Source of the DNA: a virus
Strand: one strand, 5' to 3'
DNA: 64,000 nt
Virus record (IMG/VR): IMGVR_UViG_3300021197_001902
Location: 1-64,000 of that record
The position numbers and the translations under genes are program-made. Positions 27,201 to 36,516 of the stretch are shown one piece after another. The notes below the pieces were generated by a model. It saw only the letters and a list, made by a program, of their open reading frames with translations. It was not told the origin of the DNA and searched no databases. Position 1 is the stretch's first letter. Each line of letters starts with the position of its first letter.

Positions 27201-30200
27201 CACAAACGTGCTTGGTCGCAAACCCTGAACTGGTTGTGTGCGTCTTGGACCAGATGGCAGCCTTTCTGGCATTGGCAGGTATCCAATTTGATTATTCTTT
27301 ACCAGCGAGCGAGCGACTTTAGTCTCTCCAGCACGGATCTGCTTCCAAGTTGGGTAGCCGAAAGCTCCATTCCGCATAGTGGTTAACACATTAAGCAAAT
27401 CAGCTTCATTGTCCAGCGGAGCGCCGGGGAAGAAGTCAGCATTGATATAAGAGGAACTAGCGTTCGAACTTGATGGGAAACCAAGAATATGTGTAGTCGT
27501 AAATACTGGATCAATCAATCGCGTGTTCAGGCCGATAAATGTTACGTTTGAATAAGACCCTGTCTGGATCAGCTCATCTAGTGAACTGGCACTGAAATAT
27601 GTTGGCCTATTATTAGTGTAAATTATCTGATTCTGCCCCAGAGAAGCTGTTACCCAAGTATACTGCTGGAGCGACTGAGGTATAGCATGTTGGACATACA
27701 AGTTATCGAAGTGCGAACCCGTGAAGAGCGTATGTGTTCCTGACAACTCTGGACGGCGGCTTCTGTTTCGATTTGTTTTGTGCCATGATGGGACGGTTAC
27801 ATAACCTGCTGCTGGTACGGACCCGTACGCAGCATCGGAACCAAAGGGCCCACAGTGGAGGGTTGCCAGCTGGTTTAACCCACGATTCTTGCTGATTTGA
27901 TCAACGACAGCGATGGTATTCACCTCGCTTATGTCGAGAGATGCAGAACCCGACATACCGTGAGAAATAACGCCTCGATTGCGATATGGGCTTGCGTTGT
28001 ATACCGACAGCTCCTCATGAGCAGGGTCGAGGTAGCCTCTTGATAATACCTTGTAAGAACCAGGGGAGGAGAACAAGTTGACAAATACTGTCTCGTTAGA
28101 TCCTGTGACACCGGTTCTATCTGGAAGAGCGAAATCAATATCCCCTCCAGTATTTGCTGTTGAGGCTGTGGCCGTGCCCAGTGGGAAGCGCCCTCGTGTT
28201 GCAGTTGTCTCCGGGTTGGGTGCAAAAGTGAATGACTGATCTTTAAAAAATAGATCGTTAATTGTACGGCCTGCGGTCTGGATCACTTGATAGTTCTTCT
28301 GATAGTTTCCGATTTGGTTGTGTGTCACAGTACCGGAAAGCTTTGTGCCGACCGATGCAGTGGACATCAAAATGTTCTTGAGGTTAACCGGTCGCTTGGC
28401 AGTCTCATCGCGGAAGCGTTGGGCCGTTGGTGTCGCTGGTAAAAAGCCGTCAGGCGCGGAGTCGCTGGGTGAGTCGGCAAATGGATAGTTTGGTGCTACG
28501 ATACCTAGCGCACCAGAAGCACCCACAGGTACCTCAGCAGTCGGAGGATACCCAAGGCCCAGGAGAAGACGAAAACCTTCGGCCCTGTTTGTTCTGGTAT
28601 CAGTGCCGGCGTTTAGTTCTGTATGCCGGTAGAAACGGCCACCAACAAACTTCTCTGTGAACGGGCCCTGGAGGCCCGTGTCTGTGTCATTAACGAAGTC
28701 GTTATGCAGGTTTGTGATTATGACGCCGGAGGTGTAACTTTCAACGACAGCCGCATTGTAGCCGGTTTGGACGGACGAGCTATACAAACTGAATGGCGCA
28801 TACATGTTACCATCAAATTTCAGGTCCTCAGAACCGCTCCGGTTTTGCGATGGGTTCAGACCAAATCCAAGGCGCTGCTTTTGGTTAGGAAAGAAGACAT
28901 CTGGAGTATCAATAAGCTGTTCGACATCAGTGTCAAAGGATAGCATGATGTTAACTGGAATATTGGTAGTCGGCTGATCGACGTTCGGACCATATGGGGC
29001 AGCTGCAGCAAACGTGAAGTTTGGTTTATTGCTCGGGTGTCGCCCGGTACCAGCAACCGACGATGCGCCGTCGACGGTAATACTGACCGCATCCCCCATT
29101 ATTCGTCTATAACCAGAATCAACGGCTGCTAGAATTCCTGCGCGGGCGTCTGAGACGCTCCCTGTGCCCTGTCTGTACCTCTGCCATGGCAGATGCTCAT
29201 TGGCTCCCGAAAGTGGCGCGTGCAAGAATTCCCATTTTTTAGTTTGAGTATAGTTTGACGAACCAATTTGTCGTTTTGTTGATGTCCCGTTGAAGACATA
29301 ATACATTGAAGCTGGTAGAGACGGTCCGCCCGGTCTTCCGTCCGCGTCTCCACTAGAAGCATATGAACATGAGGCAATTGCAAAAAGTGTATTGCCACCC
29401 TCTCTCTGGAAGAATGGGAACTTGCGCTGGTACTTAGGTCTTTCCAACACATGGTTTTCAACCACCGTTCTAACCGTATCTGCAAAGTCTGCGGACGCAG
29501 GGACCAATTGGCCCAGCATTAAAGACAGAGAGGTGTCAAACCACTTATAGAATTCATAGAACTTGTCAAAGTCAAGTTCATCATTACCCACCTTCTCAAA
29601 GAACTTCCGGCGCATATATGCTAATTGCTTATAGTCAGTTCTATATTTCTCGACGGGATCGCCGATCAGGTTGTGGAGATCTCTTAGGGTCGCAAAATAA
29701 TTGATCATCTCTTCCGAGATGGACTGATACATACTCTTTTCGAAGGCGAAGAAGTAATTGATCGGCCTTGATTCGGTAGTGAAGACATCTTGCTCTTGAG
29801 CATTCAGCACTCTAACCATATCTTGCGACTGCACATTCTCTGGCAGGTTTAACTTAGTGGAAACAACAAAGTCTTTATCAATGGCCTCTGTGGAGGATGC
29901 CTTGAAGAAGTCACCTCGTGCAGTATATTGCTTGTTTAGGATATTTCCTAGCTCTCCGAATCTAGTCAGTGAGGTAGAACCGGAGCTAAGATCGTCAACT
30001 ATAAATTGCCCACTGGCATCCGAGCCAGTATTTGTCAGGAACTCCCAATTGAATGCAAGCGTATCAAACTTGGAGATATCCATGTTGGAGCCTGACATCT
30101 TAAATTCATACGCATACAAGTGTGGCTGCAGCGATCCGTAGTTCTCGGTGTCGAGCACATGGCCCTGAAGTGCTTCATCATTAATATAGTCGAGCCAATA

Positions 30201-32768
30201 TCGGCAAGAGTTAACCTTAACATCAGATGATTGCAGCACAGTACCAGTGAAGTTTGTTCTATGTGCACCGACATAGACGCGCTTACTGCCAGTAACAAAG
30301 CCGGCTGGGGGTGATGTCACCGTTCCAGAGACAGTAAATTCCTGTAGGATCTCGCCGGCTTCGGCCTGAACACCATGAAGCTCGACAACATAGTCAGAAT
30401 CTGTCCCGTGTACAAGGTTTGTGAGCGGGTATTGCTCTGGCCTGATACGTACGGAGAGGTTCCAGCGTGTATTATTATAGATGTCTTGGTATAAATCAGA
30501 CTCCAGTGAGGGGACAAATCCGCCGGCGGTGCCAGTTAATACAAACTTAACATTTGTTGAGGATTCTTCATCGCGGACAGCGTATACTTGGAAGTTAACC
30601 CTGTCGAGTGGATCCCAAGTTGTCTCTGTTCCCGAATAGACTGTGCCGTGAGTACCGAAAAGTGATGCACTAATTGTGTTCGTGGCCACAAATGCCCGGG
30701 AATCCCGAGAAAGCTTGAGTGGAAACAGTACCTCGGTCTCCAGAGTAGATGCGTAACCATTCGTTAAGTCGGAACTAGCGGTTATAAATCCAACGGAGTT
30801 GGTGTTTGTAGTATCCTTATAATTGTAGATAACGGCCGTTTGACCGTTAGATGTGTTAAAATTAGCAAATTTATCGGCAACAACGATGTTTCTTCTGTTG
30901 TTGTCCAGCTCGTACTTGATGTTATCGGCATACATATTGAGCTTAACCAGCTCATCGTCAATACCAAAGCAGCGAATCAGGTTTCTAAATGCCTTTTCGG
31001 TGCCTTTTGACTTATAGATATAGCTTAAGTTGTTGTAAATATTCTGATAAATTGTATTCTTAATATCGTGAAGTGACTTCTCGTAGACTTTATCTTCACT
31101 TCTATCAGCGAGCTTTTCCAATACATCTGAATCTAGGAAGATTTCTGGTGCAACAAAACCATACGAGTTCAAAAGTCTCTCGGCAAAAGGTAACGGCTTG
31201 TTACTACCACTAGGGTATTCTATATTCTTAAGATTGTTTAAGCTGTCGATCTGTAAATGAAGAGTATCAAAGTAACTTGAGATAATCTGAGTAAGATACT
31301 TAACGTTTTTTGGACCTTCAGTATCCTCTTCGGTAATCCACGAAGGAATCGTATTGTAAATTGCAGCATTGTTCTCGTTATCGTGCGCCGAGCCAGATCT
31401 TTGAAGTCCAGTTGCCAAAAACTCAACATCCGGATGAAAAGCGTAAATAATCGGATCTTTGAACTCTTTGCTAGCAGCATTAGAGAGAACAATTGCTGAT
31501 CCTGTCTGTCTATGACCTGCGGCATATCCGGTCCAAGAGCCATTTGAGAACCGGCCAGAGTAGTCCAGCACTGTGCTATCGGTTGAGCTAGTTCCCGTGA
31601 TTCCCTCATTAAATTTGAAATATACGCCAAGATCGATGTTGGCGGATTCTTCAGTTGTTGTAAAGGGAGTAGGGTCAGTGTTAACCCCACCGCCCACTTG
31701 TGTAAACCAAAAGCGGCCGATTTCTTCGGAGCTTCTCTGTGTCTTCCAATATCTTAATTCATCAAGAGATGCAGATAGTTTACCGGCGGATGCAACAGCG
31801 AGGGATGCTGAGGGAGGAGCAATCAAAGCACCAATATAGGCTTGATGTGAGGAACCATCAGTATCATTGATAGAGTCGGGGATTATTTGCTGCCTATTCA
31901 GGTTGCCGTCAACATAAAACCTTGTTTCAACGCCATCCGAGACGGACTTGAGAGTAACAGCGTAATGGTGCCAGTTGCTGTCTGCAACAGACGCAGTTGT
32001 AATATTAGACGCAGCAATCGAAACTGTCTGGAATCCAAACGTTCCCGAAAGTATTGTGAGGAGCCATGGGTCTGCGCCGGAAGTTGCGCCTGACAGCTCT
32101 AGCCTAAATCGAAGATGATCCGCAGATGATGACGGTTCACCGTTCCACAAATCGAAAACTACCTCTTTTTCCGTTGATCCAGTGATAAATTCTGTTTTAT
32201 TCATCCAGAATTCTAATGATGCACCCTTGCTTAACAAATCAAATTCTAGGTTTGATGCCCTATTCTTTGATGGCTCATAGTAGTTTGAGCCCGTGAATTG
32301 GGTTGATTTGGGCGACATCCCATCTGGATTTGTATTTGGGCCGCCCTTTACGAAAATGTATTCGTCATCCTCTGGATCACCATAACCGTCTGTCATTGCG
32401 CTACGGGCGCCCCAGCCATTAGCTGAGATTTCTACATATCCATTTGTTCTTGGGTATAAATTATCAAATACATGCAGATCAATATAAGTTGACTGGTTTC
32501 TCCACTCTAGCTTTTCTCTCAGCGAACCATCATAAGGATACTCGTTGTAAACTCTTTTTATTGATTGGTCATAGTATTCTTCAGCGGAGCCATAACGAGC
32601 AAAATTCTTCGGGTCGGAGAAGTCCACTCTTGGAATAAACCTTTCCTCTTCGATGATATCTTGTTCATGGTAAGCGGCGGACTCAACTTGTGAGCCAATT
32701 TCTTGCGCCGTTTTACCGGAAAGAGATTTGATATTCTCAGTGATCTCAAAATACTTTTTAAGGCTCAT
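24243..32768 (-). CDS. Giant baseplate wedge/tail protein (gp7/gpI-like motif) with LamG/concanavalin A-like domains
   Basis: 2841 aa; LamG pattern SLEFW...WHHYAVT...FYVDG...IGA...LDELRYW plus a second degenerate copy; YKSKGTEKAFRNLIRCFG wedge motif. Confidence 0.7.
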   Translation of the reverse strand: MSLKKYFEITENIKSLSGKTAQEIGSQVESAAYHEQDIIEEERFIPRVDFSDPKNFARYGSAEEYYDQSIKRVYNEYPYDGSLREKLEWRNQSTYIDLHVFDNLYPRTNGYVEISANGWGARSAMTDGYGDPEDDEYIFVKGGPNTNPDGMSPKSTQFTGSNYYEPSKNRASNLEFDLLSKGASLEFWMNKTEFITGSTEKEVVFDLWNGEPSSSADHLRFRLELSGATSGADPWLLTILSGTFGFQTVSIAASNITTASVADSNWHHYAVTLKSVSDGVETRFYVDGNLNRQQIIPDSINDTDGSSHQAYIGALIAPPSASLAVASAGKLSASLDELRYWKTQRSSEEIGRFWFTQVGGGVNTDPTPFTTTEESANIDLGVYFKFNEGITGTSSTDSTVLDYSGRFSNGSWTGYAAGHRQTGSAIVLSNAASKEFKDPIIYAFHPDVEFLATGLQRSGSAHDNENNAAIYNTIPSWITEEDTEGPKNVKYLTQIISSYFDTLHLQIDSLNNLKNIEYPSGSNKPLPFAERLLNSYGFVAPEIFLDSDVLEKLADRSEDKVYEKSLHDIKNTIYQNIYNNLSYIYKSKGTEKAFRNLIRCFGIDDELVKLNMYADNIKYELDNNRRNIVVADKFANFNTSNGQTAVIYNYKDTTNTNSVGFITASSDLTNGYASTLETEVLFPLKLSRDSRAFVATNTISASLFGTHGTVYSGTETTWDPLDRVNFQVYAVRDEESSTNVKFVLTGTAGGFVPSLESDLYQDIYNNTRWNLSVRIRPEQYPLTNLVHGTDSDYVVELHGVQAEAGEILQEFTVSGTVTSPPAGFVTGSKRVYVGAHRTNFTGTVLQSSDVKVNSCRYWLDYINDEALQGHVLDTENYGSLQPHLYAYEFKMSGSNMDISKFDTLAFNWEFLTNTGSDASGQFIVDDLSSGSTSLTRFGELGNILNKQYTARGDFFKASSTEAIDKDFVVSTKLNLPENVQSQDMVRVLNAQEQDVFTTESRPINYFFAFEKSMYQSISEEMINYFATLRDLHNLIGDPVEKYRTDYKQLAYMRRKFFEKVGNDELDFDKFYEFYKWFDTSLSLMLGQLVPASADFADTVRTVVENHVLERPKYQRKFPFFQREGGNTLFAIASCSYASSGDADGRPGGPSLPASMYYVFNGTSTKRQIGSSNYTQTKKWEFLHAPLSGANEHLPWQRYRQGTGSVSDARAGILAAVDSGYRRIMGDAVSITVDGASSVAGTGRHPSNKPNFTFAAAAPYGPNVDQPTTNIPVNIMLSFDTDVEQLIDTPDVFFPNQKQRLGFGLNPSQNRSGSEDLKFDGNMYAPFSLYSSSVQTGYNAAVVESYTSGVIITNLHNDFVNDTDTGLQGPFTEKFVGGRFYRHTELNAGTDTRTNRAEGFRLLLGLGYPPTAEVPVGASGALGIVAPNYPFADSPSDSAPDGFLPATPTAQRFRDETAKRPVNLKNILMSTASVGTKLSGTVTHNQIGNYQKNYQVIQTAGRTINDLFFKDQSFTFAPNPETTATRGRFPLGTATASTANTGGDIDFALPDRTGVTGSNETVFVNLFSSPGSYKVLSRGYLDPAHEELSVYNASPYRNRGVISHGMSGSASLDISEVNTIAVVDQISKNRGLNQLATLHCGPFGSDAAYGSVPAAGYVTVPSWHKTNRNRSRRPELSGTHTLFTGSHFDNLYVQHAIPQSLQQYTWVTASLGQNQIIYTNNRPTYFSASSLDELIQTGSYSNVTFIGLNTRLIDPVFTTTHILGFPSSSNASSSYINADFFPGAPLDNEADLLNVLTTMRNGAFGYPTWKQIRAGETKVARSLVKNNQIGYLPMPERLPSGPRRTQPVQGLRPSTFVDLTESPISINSSPIIFALEDNTANSDPSNNMIATVPFRNQIDYFSHNELNNFYNLKSDPNILNSYNTILDFTLSSSLSVVISYTESLYPSNINMFDDRVRRRTTFTIDDIWNDNATLRRTLSREIGINPDGPVTISGRTNSQDVLVASASIFPLDARLDFTTQLATIPSGTLTITGFADSKQTGELQNGYNRYTTQRRADNVAVKPMMVKAAALYNARVPAGSGSSYTAAIQDVYAGDALWEAAEQSGKSPHQSYTTYAERIALAGKDHSIIPEFRISELMETYLNTESGDFLAKVDNVFNLTGATINDSSKDNFYKTYTNSDFLKYFSVIDDDLNDQRSGDLKIKRDKVSLRCNVISKFLPYKGFYPAERTIELATILSQSYGEYIEIAGTGVDTARSMTLRAFLEPLVAPGILFNTVKSGIAVSNYVMTNTGSNADTVRTGLAAPICSGTITQLPEGAVRYKELLNPKSNNPDLGENLGYLIQKLPFETLQRPLAFMDTGRLSGSGAFYDTGISTGSDALPNFGLGAIEGTDYIKINNGKKLYELAIDNFLCETTNFFMDGLAHFRSNREDQFTTVVSGTSYRMRIDMFRTLDADLRVDRSAFDLYGRESAFGYPLGQGAANSTAQSASFNHVVPPYYHGRGTVDYVFTATGSGRPTLDDILANTAVTFATEYPHDVIDEVTVNVGDSVNLTDFFTEVPENTVEQKKVWLIQSKFETPVLNFANVSYTQPAASSVPTGLSSSADIKINGMWHQYGTAPTAGNEGIFMKVREGAASAGFESLADIVGFQTGKPVRIGQPKEANLLEEAVIAIPFKTVNNRRKFFPVDLEVRDLDNLTALMQKYIFPPRFDFVINATVDPILMYGFEFSQSVSSKDITDMWQNLPPTIGEKFEKKEVIIDDQQVLDLLINNSEDIQWLVFKVKKRGAKSFNKFRRSLVTSDTSALPDEVGNYSYNWPYDYFSLVELVHLDETMQYASQDLMDDND

Positions 32769-32775
32769 ACTTTAA

Positions 32776-34305
32776 TTATTCTTCAACTCTAAATTTGAAC
32801 GTTTGTGATTGTTCCTGCCAGTCTCCTATACTGTCATTATAGTATGCAAGTCTTATTTCATACATGTAGTCAGTCTCTAGAAGGGACATATCTAAGTCCA
32901 AGTAGTTTCCTTCCTTATCGTAGGATAGATAAGTGCTAAAATCAGATCCTGTACCATATGACACAGCTGGGGTGTTATCAATCACTCTGTACACACTATA
33001 TGATGCACTTTCAATAATCTCGGTTGGATTATTGGCAGTTGCGACTGTGTAGAGAGTCGGGGACCAGTCTTTGTCGCGAATAAAAAATCTAAATCTTGCT
33101 GTGTCTTGCTTGGAATAAGATTTCTTGAGGTTTTTACAAGATGTAATTCTGTTAAACGTTGGGGCACTGTCATAACTTGGAAGAGTCTCGGGATAGAACG
33201 AACCAGTAAAGTATTCGACCCCTCCGGAATGCCAGACGTCATGAATCTCTTGGAGCGCCGTAGCGGCCGATGTAAGGGCCACAGAGCATGAATAGATACC
33301 AGTGCTCACAAAACTCGCCGTAGTGTTCAGATCGGCAGCTGCGGCCGTTGTACCGCCAAGTGAGATTGCCAATTTAGAACCGGTTGGGGTTCCAAAAGAA
33401 CTTGAATAGAAAGAAACCAACAGATCGCTTGTTCCAACATTTGGAAGATTTCGCAAGCCGCCTCGAACGTAGTTATAAATATAAAGATTGTTTATATTAA
33501 AGTCTGCCTCAGCGCGGGATGATGAGTAATAGAAATTTTCTCTGTCGTCTGTAACCCGGGAATCATGCCGGGCCTCAATGACCGGTCGCTTGAAAAAGAA
33601 CTCTGTAGACCGAGCGAAGAACTTTTTGGTGTAGTAGGACTGTTTGGAACCATTAATGTTCTGCAACACAGATCCCGAAGTTATACCTAACGATGAAGAA
33701 AAGTAAGCTTCCTGAGAAGCAGTCAGGCGAAGGCCAAAACCATAATTCTCATATTTTCCGCCTACAGCGCCTAGGATCCAGTTTTCAACCACCGTTGTGA
33801 CGTCAACTTCTAAGTCTTCATAACCTTGTTGAAATCTAATGTTGTAGTTATCAGATGATAGATAATCACCACCTATATTAGTCCAGCCGGTCGTTGAACT
33901 AGCAGAGCCCCAGTTTGAAAACCCAAGGTCCTGATAATTATCCATATCCAGGCCGGTGCCCTCATTCCAAGATTGTGAAATAGGAGCGACAACCAAATTA
34001 AAGTCTTGAGGCAGCGTAAACGGATGCTCGGCGTTGTACATCTTAAGATAGAATGAAACTGATCCAGACGCTGGGATTGTGCCGGCTGTCCTATCAGCCT
34101 TAATTGTTGCAACCGGGAACTCAATCAGAATTCTCGATAATTCAGACGATTGACCATTAGAGCCAGACTCTTGACCATAGATCGAGAAGACTTCCAGAGA
34201 ATCAGCGAAGCCCATGTTTGAACCCGAACCTCTGTACACTAGGTTCGCTTCGAAGGCATTTGTGATAGTATTATCAGCGCTTGCTGTATATCTTGTGATT
34301 GCCAT
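32776..34305 (-). CDS. Structural protein with DNRLRE-like beta-sandwich domain
   Basis: SRILIEF...SWNEGTG...W..IGGD...DVTTVVENW...NYGF...RPVI pattern. Confidence 0.6.
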   Translation of the reverse strand: MAITRYTASADNTITNAFEANLVYRGSGSNMGFADSLEVFSIYGQESGSNGQSSELSRILIEFPVATIKADRTAGTIPASGSVSFYLKMYNAEHPFTLPQDFNLVVAPISQSWNEGTGLDMDNYQDLGFSNWGSASSTTGWTNIGGDYLSSDNYNIRFQQGYEDLEVDVTTVVENWILGAVGGKYENYGFGLRLTASQEAYFSSSLGITSGSVLQNINGSKQSYYTKKFFARSTEFFFKRPVIEARHDSRVTDDRENFYYSSSRAEADFNINNLYIYNYVRGGLRNLPNVGTSDLLVSFYSSSFGTPTGSKLAISLGGTTAAAADLNTTASFVSTGIYSCSVALTSAATALQEIHDVWHSGGVEYFTGSFYPETLPSYDSAPTFNRITSCKNLKKSYSKQDTARFRFFIRDKDWSPTLYTVATANNPTEIIESASYSVYRVIDNTPAVSYGTGSDFSTYLSYDKEGNYLDLDMSLLETDYMYEIRLAYYNDSIGDWQEQSQTFKFRVEE

Positions 34306-36104
34306 TACTGAATTGCTCCCTTAATATCCACGTTAGGGAACTTAAGTTCGAAGATCGCGTTGTTTTGTGCTTGGATTCTTCGACCATCAGCTGACAGTGC
34401 ACCTTCAAAACTAAAGGACGACTGGCTATACGATGCGCCAGTACGTTCAACTATCTCTAAATCTACAACATCAATGATGCCCTCGACTTTTTGAAGAACC
34501 TTATAAAAATCAGTTATAAGGATAGACTCGCCAATTTCATATTGATTTTTCAACAAGTACTCTCTCAACGCAGCGGTCGCACGACTAATGACGGTAAAGC
34601 GATTAGCACTTAAATCAACAGCTGCGACATAATTGATACCAAAATTAACAACCTCGGCGTCCAGAATATCAATTGTATCATTTACAACCTTATATTGTAA
34701 GAGCCAATTTCTTAAGTTATTTTTGAGACTTGTGTTCGCGGCAAGCAGTTTTCCGCTTGTATCCTGGGAAATAACATAAATATTTAAGTTTCTTCTGAAC
34801 TCGTCAAAGTCTCTAACCACAGCAGCTCTTTTAACAGACCCAAACTTGGCTGGCATGCCATAGCAAATAGACTGATAATCTTGAATCGTAACAGCTCTGT
34901 TTTGCGTTGCATAAAAACCAAACACTCTTTGCTTGATTTCCTCAGACGATGGCAGTGAGACATCACCAACAAAAGGCTCCTCATTAAGAACCTCCAGCGA
35001 ACTGACTACCCCGTTACGAAGCGTCTGCGACAGGGATCCCTGGGATGTAAAACGTATCAGTGGACGGTCCACACCTGTAATAGAGTTAACACCAGCGTTA
35101 ACATCGTTTGTAAGATTAACCCTATATCCAATTCTTAAAGTCGTGTTAGACGGAGCGATACCAAACTTGTCAGTGCTGATTAATTTTGTTGGATCAAAAT
35201 CTATATCGGTGGTATAGTCGCGGCCGTTGAGATCCAAAATAAGGTTAGTTGGATCTGTGATCGAATTAGACAGGAGTTCCGAGTCTGATCCGTATCCAAA
35301 CTGTAGGAAGCACTTGTCACCCTCACGCTCAACCGTAAAGCGTCGAGCGACCGGAACTGCCTTCAAGATATTCGTGACTGTCGAGTTAGTCGCTGTGTTG
35401 GTGTTTTGCACACCCTTATAAACAACGTTCTGAGACAGATGGTCGACCTCAATGTATTCATGACCTTCAGAATCTGTAACTGAAATAACCTCTGCAACTC
35501 TATTGTTCTGCAGCTCGACTCTAAGAAACCTCTGGAAGTTCCCCACTTCCGCTTCTTTAAACAGTGTTCTGCCGGAGACGGCGCGTCCTTGGGCTCTAAT
35601 AACAAAGTTGGTAGGGTTACCTGTCGAGGTGTCAACTGTTCCCACCACAACTTGATTCGTGGAGGCTGCAAAGTCTACATCTTCAATGAGAGTATACAAA
35701 CCGCCTCCGGTGGAGGAGAAGATTGAGCCAGCTCTAAGGACGGGCGCATAACTTAAGTTTGGGCCGGCCGTTGAACTGTCGCTTGGGACCTGAATATAAA
35801 ATGTTAGTAAACCATATGAGGAAGGGCTTGTGTTTAGCTTAAAGCCCATCTGGCGTGCGAGGCGAACGACATTGTTGTACTCGATAGAAGTCTCTAGAAA
35901 CGACTCATTTGTCTGATAATCTAAGTAAAACGACAGGATGTCACCGATATAGGACACGGTGTCTAGCATCAAAGAACCAAACGATGCTTGATTAAAATCC
36001 TTGTATGTATCGGGGTAGTACCGCTTCGCGTAGTTTTCCAGATCCTTACGAATGGAATCAAAGTCGCGGCTTGTATAATCAATCGGTTGTAGTTTTTTGG
36101 CCAT
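34305..36104 (-). CDS. Baseplate wedge subunit (T4 gp6 / baseplate J-like)
   Basis: IDYTSRDFDSIR, ILSFYLDYQTNESFL and QNRAVTIQDY. Confidence 0.9.
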   Translation of the reverse strand: MAKKLQPIDYTSRDFDSIRKDLENYAKRYYPDTYKDFNQASFGSLMLDTVSYIGDILSFYLDYQTNESFLETSIEYNNVVRLARQMGFKLNTSPSSYGLLTFYIQVPSDSSTAGPNLSYAPVLRAGSIFSSTGGGLYTLIEDVDFAASTNQVVVGTVDTSTGNPTNFVIRAQGRAVSGRTLFKEAEVGNFQRFLRVELQNNRVAEVISVTDSEGHEYIEVDHLSQNVVYKGVQNTNTATNSTVTNILKAVPVARRFTVEREGDKCFLQFGYGSDSELLSNSITDPTNLILDLNGRDYTTDIDFDPTKLISTDKFGIAPSNTTLRIGYRVNLTNDVNAGVNSITGVDRPLIRFTSQGSLSQTLRNGVVSSLEVLNEEPFVGDVSLPSSEEIKQRVFGFYATQNRAVTIQDYQSICYGMPAKFGSVKRAAVVRDFDEFRRNLNIYVISQDTSGKLLAANTSLKNNLRNWLLQYKVVNDTIDILDAEVVNFGINYVAAVDLSANRFTVISRATAALREYLLKNQYEIGESILITDFYKVLQKVEGIIDVVDLEIVERTGASYSQSSFSFEGALSADGRRIQAQNNAIFELKFPNVDIKGAIQ

Positions 36105-36115
36105 AGTTTGTTTCT

Positions 36116-36514
36116 CTAAATAGGTTGATCGACATCAATTTGCAGTAATGTTGATAGCTGAAGGGGCAATATAGTAAAAGATATAGAGACTGACAAGTTG
36201 TGAGGGTACAGGTCTGGATTTTGTTCTGGAATTTGGAACCGAATATCGTCTATCTGAATATATTTTAAGTATCTTCTGACCTGTTCTCGGATTTTGCTCT
36301 CTATGGTGGTGTAAGTATTCGAGTTATTCTGCTCAAACAAATACGCTTTGAGGCCGACACCGAATCTTAGATCCATTATTCTCTCGCCAGGGATTGTCAG
36401 GATGAGCATTTTTAAATTTTGCTTGGCTAAATCTTCAAAGTTGGTGTTTAGATCGTAGGGGCCAAACACCTCGCTAACCACAAGCGGTAGCTTTGGTGAT
36501 AATCCTGATGCCAT
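36116..36514 (-). CDS. Baseplate gp25-like protein
   Basis: QNLKMLILTIPGERIMDLRFGVGL..YLFE. Confidence 0.9.
   Translation of the reverse strand: MASGLSPKLPLVVSEVFGPYDLNTNFEDLAKQNLKMLILTIPGERIMDLRFGVGLKAYLFEQNNSNTYTTIESKIREQVRRYLKYIQIDDIRFQIPEQNPDLYPHNLSVSISFTILPLQLSTLLQIDVDQPI
36117..36123 (-). promoter_or_regulatory. CTATTTA putative late-promoter motif
   Basis: Overlaps the gp25 stop, about 13 nt upstream of the gp6-like ATG 36104. Confidence 0.4.
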
Positions 36515-36516
36515 CT

